Origin: an uncultured Acidobacteriota bacterium
Lineage (GTDB): Bacteria; Acidobacteriota; Thermoanaerobaculia; Multivoradales; UBA5704
Direction of reading: 5' to 3'
DNA: 64,000 nt
Assembly: GCA_963770895.1 (NCBI GenBank)
Contig: CAVYRF010000002.1
Coordinates: 1,760,001 to 1,824,000 of the forward strand
Part shown: in pieces, positions 58,080-64,000 of the stretch
Layout: each line of letters opens with the position of its first letter
Numbering within the stretch: the stretch's first letter is position 1
The notes under the pieces: model-generated
What the model saw: the letters and a program-made list of their open reading frames with translations, nothing else
Told to the model about the DNA's origin: nothing
Database searches by the model: none
Program-made: the position numbers and the translations under genes

Positions 58080-59126
58080 ATGGCTGACAACGAAGGCAAC
58101 GCCCCCGCGGCACCGCGGTTTCCGGGCACCATAAAGCGGCGGGCGGCGGCGATCACGCTCGACGACCTGGTCGAGATACGCCCGCTGTACGCGAACGGGG
58201 CGCTGCCGCTGTTCGTCGAGCCGCGCGTGCCGGGGCTGGAGCTGGCGGCGTGGACGCTCGCCAACCGGACGCTGGTCGAAGAGCACCTGCTGCGCCACGG
58301 CGGCATCCTGTTCCGCGGTTTCGCGGTCGATTCGCCGGCGCAGCTGGAGGCGTTCCTGCAAGCGCTGGCGGGCGGGGCGCTCGAATATCGCGAGCGCTCG
58401 TCGCCGCGCAGCCAGGTCGAAGGCAAGATCTACACCTCGACCGACTACCCACCAACCCATTCCATCTTCCTGCACAACGAAAACTCCTATCAAAACGTGT
58501 GGCCGCTCAAGATCGCCTTTTTCTGCCAGATCCCCGCGGCGCAGGGGGGCGCCACGCCCATCGCCGACTGCCGCCGCGTGTTTGCGCGCATGGACCCGGC
58601 GGTGCGCGACCGCTTCGTCGACAAGGGCTGGATGTACGTGCGGAACTTCGGCGACGGCCTGGGTCTGGATTGGAAAACCGTCTTTCAGACTCAGGATCGC
58701 AGCGTGGTCGAAGAGTATTGCAACAAGAGCGGCATCACCGTCGAATGGCGCCCGGACGGGCGCCTGCGCACGCGTTCGGTGCGGCCGGCGGTCACGCCGC
58801 ATCCCCGCACCGGCGAGCTGCTGTGGTTCAATCACGCCACCTTCTTCCACGTTTCGACGCTGGAACCCGACGTGCGGCAGGTGCTGCTCGACCAATATGA
58901 TCAGGACGAGCTGCCGACCAACACCTATTACGGCGACGGCAGTCCGATCGAACCCGCGACGCTCGACCACCTGCGCTCGCTCTACCACCAGGAAACCTTG
59001 CAATTCCCCTGGCGGCGGGGCGACGTGCTGCTGCTCGACAACATGATGACGGCGCATGGAAGGGCGCCTTTCGCCGGCGAGCGCAAGGTCCTGGTCGGCA
59101 TGGCGGAGCCGGTGACGCGTAAGTGA
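58080..59126 (+). CDS. TauD/TfdA-family Fe(II)/2-oxoglutarate dioxygenase (SyrP-like aminoacyl beta-hydroxylase)
   Basis: HGGILFRGF, IFLHNENSY (HxE), GGATPIAD, WFNHATFFH, DNMMTAHGR. ATG 58080 preferred over GTG 58071 because of the aaaggtg RBS. Confidence 0.92.
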   Translation: MADNEGNAPAAPRFPGTIKRRAAAITLDDLVEIRPLYANGALPLFVEPRVPGLELAAWTLANRTLVEEHLLRHGGILFRGFAVDSPAQLEAFLQALAGGALEYRERSSPRSQVEGKIYTSTDYPPTHSIFLHNENSYQNVWPLKIAFFCQIPAAQGGATPIADCRRVFARMDPAVRDRFVDKGWMYVRNFGDGLGLDWKTVFQTQDRSVVEEYCNKSGITVEWRPDGRLRTRSVRPAVTPHPRTGELLWFNHATFFHVSTLEPDVRQVLLDQYDQDELPTNTYYGDGSPIEPATLDHLRSLYHQETLQFPWRRGDVLLLDNMMTAHGRAPFAGERKVLVGMAEPVTRK

Positions 59127-59160
59127 TCGACCGCGGCGGCGAAACCAGGTAAGGCAGCCC

Positions 59161-60285
59161 ATGGACTTCGGCATTCTTTTCTTTTCCAGTCCGGCGCCTG
59201 CCGACGGGCCCGGCAAGTACCGGCTGCTGCTCGACGCGGCGCGCTTCGCCGATCGGCGCGGCTTCTCCGCGGTATGGACGCCCGAACGCCACTTCCACGA
59301 TTTCGGCGGTCTCTACCCCAGTCCCGCGGTGGTCAGCGCGGCGCTGGCGGTGACCACCGAGCGCGTCCAGATCCGCGCCGGCAGCCTGATCTCGCCGCTG
59401 CACCACGAGGTGCGCATCGCCGAAGAGTGGTCGATCGTCGACAACCTCTCGGGCGGCCGGGCGGCCATCTCCTTCGGCTCGGGCTGGAACGTCGACGACT
59501 TCATCTTCCACCCCGACCGCTACCCGCGCCGCCAGGCGGTGATGTACGAGCAGATCGAAGCGGTCCGCCGGCTGTGGCGCGGCGACACCCTGGTGCGGGA
59601 CAACACCTTCGGCAAGCCGGTCCAGATCACCCTGCGCCCCCGCCCGGTGCGGCGCGAGCTGCCGATCTGGATCACCTCCTCGGGCAACGCGGAAACCTTT
59701 GCCAGCGCCGGCACTCTGGGCGCCAACGTGCTCACCCACCTGATCGGCCAGGACGTGGCGACGCTGGCGGCAAAGATCGAGCGCTACCGCGCCGCGCACG
59801 CCGCGGCGGCGGACCGCCACGGCGCCGGCGGGCCGGGCACCGTCTCGCTCATGCTGCACACCTTTTTAGGCGCCGACCTGGCCGCCGTGCGGGCGCGGGT
59901 CCGCGGGCCGTTTCGCGAGTACCTGCGCTCCGCGGTGAGCCTCGAACAGCTCGCCGCGGCGGGCGGCGGCGCCGTCAGCGGCGGCCACAAGATCGAGCAG
60001 CACAGCATTCCGCCCGCGGTCATGGAGGAGCTGCTCGACATGACCTACGAGCGCTATGCCGATCACAACGCGCTTCTGGGCACCGTCGCCAGCTGCAAAC
60101 CGCTGATCGCGCGGCTGGCGGACATCGGCGTCGACGAGATCGCCTGCCTGATCGATTTCATCGACGACCCGGATGCGGTGCTGGCAGGCCTGGAGCACCT
60201 GGACGCCCTGCGCGCCGCCTGTGCGGCGCCCGCCGCGCCGGCCGCCGCCGATCCGCTGGCGGCCTTTCTGGAAACCCTCGCATGA
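59161..60285 (+). CDS. Luciferase-like flavin monooxygenase, MupA/Atu3671 natural-product type
   Basis: MDFGILFFS, VWTPERHFHDFGGLYPSP, AEEWSIVDNLSGGR, DEIACLIDF. Confidence 0.92.
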   Translation: MDFGILFFSSPAPADGPGKYRLLLDAARFADRRGFSAVWTPERHFHDFGGLYPSPAVVSAALAVTTERVQIRAGSLISPLHHEVRIAEEWSIVDNLSGGRAAISFGSGWNVDDFIFHPDRYPRRQAVMYEQIEAVRRLWRGDTLVRDNTFGKPVQITLRPRPVRRELPIWITSSGNAETFASAGTLGANVLTHLIGQDVATLAAKIERYRAAHAAAADRHGAGGPGTVSLMLHTFLGADLAAVRARVRGPFREYLRSAVSLEQLAAAGGGAVSGGHKIEQHSIPPAVMEELLDMTYERYADHNALLGTVASCKPLIARLADIGVDEIACLIDFIDDPDAVLAGLEHLDALRAACAAPAAPAAADPLAAFLETLA

Positions 60286-60316
60286 GGCGGCGGGGAGCCG
60301 CCGAGCGGCCAACCTG

Positions 60317-62245
60317 ATGTGCGGCATCGCCGGCACCTACGATCCGCGCGGCCGGCGCGCCGATGCGGCGGCGGTCGAGCGGATGGCCGGCGCGCTGGCG
60401 CACCGCGGCCCCGATTCCGCCGGCGCGTTTCAAGCCGACGGAGTGATGCTCGGTTTCCGCCGCTTGAGCATCATCGACCTGGCGGGCGGCGACCAGCCGC
60501 TGTTCAGCGAAGACGGCAACCTGGTCCTGGTCTGCAACGGTGAGATCTACGACTACCGCGAGCTGACGGCCGAGCTCACCGCCAAGGGCCACGTCTTTCG
60601 CACCCACAGCGACGTCGAAGTGCTGCTCCACCTGTACGAAGAGCACGGCGCCGACCTGCTTCACCGCATCAACGGCCAGTTCGCCTTCGCGCTCTACGAC
60701 CGGCGCGCGCGCAGCCTGCTTTTGGCGCGCGACCCCTGCGGCATCAATCCGCTCTTCTATACCGTCGTCGACGGCCAGCTGATCTTCGCCTCCGAGATCA
60801 AGGCGATCCTGGAGCACCCGCTGGCGCCGCGCCAGGTCGATCTCACCGGCCTGGACCAGGTCCTCACCTTTCCGGGCCTGGTGGCGCCCCGCACCTTCTT
60901 CAAAGGCATCCGCTGCCTGCCGGCGGGCCACCTGCTGCGCGCCGGCGCGGACGGGGTGGAAGAGCGCGAATATTGGGATCTCACCTATCCCGAGGCAGCG
61001 GACCATGAGCCCGCCGTTTCCGCGGCGCACGAACGAGACTACGTCGACGGCCTGCGCGAGCGGCTGCGCCAGGCCGTGCGCTACCGCCTGCAGGCCGACG
61101 TGCCGGTGGGCCTGTACCTGAGCGGCGGCCTCGACTCTTCGCTCATCGGCGCCCTGATCCATGAGATCTCCGCCACGCCGCGGCACTCCTTTTCGATCGC
61201 CTTCCCCGACCAGGAGATCTCCGAGGCCCGCCACCAACGCCTTATGGCCCAGGCGCTGGGCACGACGCACCACGAGATCTGGTTCGATTGGAGCGAGATC
61301 GCCAACCGCCTGACGCGCATGGTCCACCACTGCGAATGCCCGGTCAAGGAAGCCTTCGACACCTGCGCCCTGGCCCTCTCCGCGGCCGCGCGCCAGGCCG
61401 GCGTGCCGGTGGTGCTCGCCGGCCAGGGCGCCGACGAGCTCTTTGCCGGCTACATGGGCTATCGCTTCGACCAGGCCGGCCTGCGCGCCGCCCGCGCCCA
61501 GACCCTCGAAGGCGCGCTCGAAGACGAGATCCGCGAACGCCTCTGGGGTGAAGCCGGCCTGTTCTATGAAACGGATTTCCTGCCCCTGCGAGACCTCAAG
61601 GCCGCCCTGTACGCCGCCGATCTGGGCGCCAACCTGGCCGATTTCGACTGCACCAACCAACCCCTGCTCGACGGCAGCAAGCTGCGCGGGCGCCACTACG
61701 TCCACCAGCGCTCCTACCTGGACTTCAAGCTGCGCCTGGCCGAGCACCTGCTATCCGAGCACGGCGACCGCATGGTGCTCGCCAACTCGGTCGAGGGCCG
61801 CTATCCCTTCCTGGACCGTGAAGTCGTGCGCTTCGCCACCACCATCCCCCCCACCCTCAAGCTCAACGGCATGCAGGAAAAATACATCGTCAAGCAGGCC
61901 GCCCAAGGCCTGGTGCCGCGCGAAATCATCCAGCGCGAAAAGTTCGGCTTCCGCGCCCCAGGCACCCCCTACCTGCTGCAGCAGCGCATCGAATGGATCG
62001 AAGACCTCCTGTCCGCCGACCGCATCCGCGCCCAGGGCCTCTTCAACCCCGCCACCGTGGAAAACCTCAAGCACCGCTACCGCCAGCCCAGCTTCACCCT
62101 CAACCCACACCTCGAAACCGATCTCCTGATGATCGTCCTCACCTGCGGCCTCCTGGTCGACCAATTCAACCTCTCCACCCCCGCCCCCGCCCCCCGACCC
62201 GCCCTGACCGCCGCCGCCGCCGCGTTCGCCGCCGACGACCTCTAG
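60317..62245 (+). CDS. asnB: Asparagine synthase (glutamine-hydrolysing)-like amidotransferase
   Basis: N-terminal MCGIAG (Ntn Cys) at ATG 60317, HRGPD, RRLSIID, NGEIY, LSGGLDSS, GQGADELFAGY, VEGRYPFLD. Confidence 0.92.
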   Translation: MCGIAGTYDPRGRRADAAAVERMAGALAHRGPDSAGAFQADGVMLGFRRLSIIDLAGGDQPLFSEDGNLVLVCNGEIYDYRELTAELTAKGHVFRTHSDVEVLLHLYEEHGADLLHRINGQFAFALYDRRARSLLLARDPCGINPLFYTVVDGQLIFASEIKAILEHPLAPRQVDLTGLDQVLTFPGLVAPRTFFKGIRCLPAGHLLRAGADGVEEREYWDLTYPEAADHEPAVSAAHERDYVDGLRERLRQAVRYRLQADVPVGLYLSGGLDSSLIGALIHEISATPRHSFSIAFPDQEISEARHQRLMAQALGTTHHEIWFDWSEIANRLTRMVHHCECPVKEAFDTCALALSAAARQAGVPVVLAGQGADELFAGYMGYRFDQAGLRAARAQTLEGALEDEIRERLWGEAGLFYETDFLPLRDLKAALYAADLGANLADFDCTNQPLLDGSKLRGRHYVHQRSYLDFKLRLAEHLLSEHGDRMVLANSVEGRYPFLDREVVRFATTIPPTLKLNGMQEKYIVKQAAQGLVPREIIQREKFGFRAPGTPYLLQQRIEWIEDLLSADRIRAQGLFNPATVENLKHRYRQPSFTLNPHLETDLLMIVLTCGLLVDQFNLSTPAPAPRPALTAAAAAFAADDL

Positions 62246-63999
62246 ACGACCTCTGGCCGCGCAGGTTGACCAGCAACTGCGGGACGGCACCGAAGAGCCG
62301 CGGCAAAGGTGGCGACGCTTGCGCGCATGGTGGCCACCATTTGGCGATCGAACGCAGCAGCCATGTCGCCGGCTTGCTGCGTCAGCAACCAGGACCTGTG
62401 CGAGCGGGACCTCTTCGCGCACACCAGGCGGACTACCGGCAGCAACACGCCCTCCAGAAGCGGCAGTGCGATACCGGCAGCTTCGCCCAGGCGCGCGAGG
62501 TACGCCCGCGAGGGAACCAGGCTGCCTGTCTCGTAGCGGCTGATCGTAGTACGGTCGATCGACACAGCAGCGCTCATCGCCTCCTGGCTGAATCCGGGGA
62601 TTGCGCGCAACACCCGCACCAGGACGCTCGTTTCGTCGCGCGAGACCGTATCGGTCCGTTCCAAACGGGGGACGTGCGCCATGCGCGCGCTACCGTCCGG
62701 CGTCAGGGGCTGGAAGACCCAGTTCCCCGCCCGCAAAAGCTCCAGGTCTTCGTGCAGCTGCCATAGCTTCTCAGCCGACTGGCATAGCTCGTCAAGGCTG
62801 GCCGTCAGGGCTCGCGAGCCCCATCTCGATTTGACGGTTGCGAAGATTGTTTGCACCAAGGCACCGATCTTCGCGCTCCACTCCCTGCCGTCGAAGTAGA
62901 GAACCGCCAGATCGATCGACACCAGCACCGACTCGTAGTGACTGGTGAAATGCTGGATTTCCGTATGCACCCATTCCAAATCGGCGATCGCTTGTCGGCG
63001 ATCGCCCTGACCTGCGGCCACGCGTGCCTTGAGCCACAATTGCCGGAGGATGTCCAACGTAGACTCACCGGCAAGCGCACCACCCACGCTCTGAAGGCAC
63101 TCGTCGGCCTCTCGACAGCGCCCGATCTGGCACAGACACGCAACCTGGTGATACTGCACCAGCCACTGCATTTCTGGCAGCAACTCGACCAGGGGCGCCG
63201 CCGCGTCCAGCGCGGCGAGCGCATCGTCGACCCGGCCGGCGAGCCGTAAAGCCGTCGCCTTCTTGACCAGCAGCCGGCCAGAATCCTCCGCGGGAGCAAG
63301 GGCAATGGCCCGGTCGAGCAGGCACACGGCGGCAGGCCAGGCTTTTTGCGCCAGGCGGAGCGATGATTCCAGGTCGAGGAGCCGCCATTCTGGCAGCGTG
63401 AATTCCGCGGCTTGATGACCTTCGCCCCACTGCCGCGTCGCAGCAGCCAATTCCGCGTCAGCCGCGGTGAGATCCCCTTTTGACCGATACGCATTTGCAA
63501 GGAATCCGCGCGCGTAGCCCTGCAGGCGCCGCAACCCGCCAGCGTCACCCCGCGCCAGCTGGGCTGCCCGCACGGACAGCTCAGCGAGCTGCATGGATTC
63601 CGTGACGCTGTGAGCGCCGGCGGCAACGCTCGCGTCGCACAGGCGCAGGCACATCGCCCAGGTTTGCAGGTGCAGACCGGTTTCCAATCGTTGGCGCCGC
63701 TCCCGATGGGTGAGCGTCGCCAGCACTCGCCAGTGTGCATCTGCATCCTGATGCGCCACTTCGGCGCGCCGCATCAGGATCGTAGCGGCGGCGTGCTCCT
63801 GCACAAGCTCCGCCAACGCAGGCAACATTTTTAATGTGAACGTATTGACCTGCTGCCGCTCGTCGTGGGTCAGCCCATCTGGCGGTACGGAGTCCGCCGG
63901 GGCGGCTACGGTAGACAACAGCGCGCAAGTCGCGACCGCGCACTCGCCAAGTCCCTCCCCGGCGCCCATGACCGCGGCGAAGTCATCGAAGCGAGCCCG
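62242..63999 (-). CDS. TPR-like helical protein with C-terminal XRE-type HTH (probably 5'-truncated)
   Basis: Frame has no stop between ATG 63969 and the window edge. Helical-repeat-like segments (FLANAYRSKGDLTAADAEL, KATALRLAGRVDDALAALD). HTH-like LRAIPGFSQEAMSAAVSIDRTTISRYETG. Stop overlaps the asnB stop in ctag at 62242-62245. Confidence 0.65.
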   Translation of the reverse strand, partial: RARFDDFAAVMGAGEGLGECAVATCALLSTVAAPADSVPPDGLTHDERQQVNTFTLKMLPALAELVQEHAAATILMRRAEVAHQDADAHWRVLATLTHRERRQRLETGLHLQTWAMCLRLCDASVAAGAHSVTESMQLAELSVRAAQLARGDAGGLRRLQGYARGFLANAYRSKGDLTAADAELAAATRQWGEGHQAAEFTLPEWRLLDLESSLRLAQKAWPAAVCLLDRAIALAPAEDSGRLLVKKATALRLAGRVDDALAALDAAAPLVELLPEMQWLVQYHQVACLCQIGRCREADECLQSVGGALAGESTLDILRQLWLKARVAAGQGDRRQAIADLEWVHTEIQHFTSHYESVLVSIDLAVLYFDGREWSAKIGALVQTIFATVKSRWGSRALTASLDELCQSAEKLWQLHEDLELLRAGNWVFQPLTPDGSARMAHVPRLERTDTVSRDETSVLVRVLRAIPGFSQEAMSAAVSIDRTTISRYETGSLVPSRAYLARLGEAAGIALPLLEGVLLPVVRLVCAKRSRSHRSWLLTQQAGDMAAAFDRQMVATMRASVATFAAALRCRPAVAGQPARPEVV

Positions 64000-64000
64000 C

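Noticed and set aside
46912-62245. Siderophore interpretation (TauD, Dab, PvdE-like exporter)
   Set aside because: No TonB-dependent receptor, Orn/Lys N-hydroxylase, catechol genes or Fur-box-like site is visible. It cannot be fully excluded because the left part of the cluster is missing.

Overview
Very GC-rich bacterial DNA, tentatively Acidobacteriota (inferred from an ADOP-type permease and an HTH/TPR-like protein). Positions 1-62245 are the 3' part of one co-directional, translationally coupled hybrid NRPS/PKS lipopeptide gene cluster that begins upstream of the window. It holds 11 visible adenylation (A) domains, a hybrid KS-AT-ACP-aminotransferase-luciferase-like monooxygenase (LLM)-C-C-A-T-E protein, a terminal C-A-T-TE and a FAAL-ACP-KS-AT-KR-ACP protein. 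Accessory genes encode a SAM methyltransferase, a SyrD/PvdE-type exporter, an ADOP permease, a TauD-family dioxygenase, a stand-alone LLM and an AsnB-type amidotransferase. Hand-read A-domain codes, assuming collinearity, give ...Val-Aad-Gly-Val-Asp-type-(beta-OH)Gln-[Pro-like X]-Thr(Dhb)-[Ala-like + malonate, beta-aminated]-D-Dab-Ser. I do not recognise this as a described compound, but I could not search any database. The most unusual parts are a fungal Lys2-like aminoadipate A domain, an A domain with Cys at the conserved Asp235, an interface domain on a Gln module, and a mid-line aminotransferase/LLM polyketide module followed by a starter-like C domain. A convergent, lower-GC HTH/TPR-like gene marks the right border. 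Domain boundaries are approximate and specificity codes were read by eye against recalled GrsA numbering.
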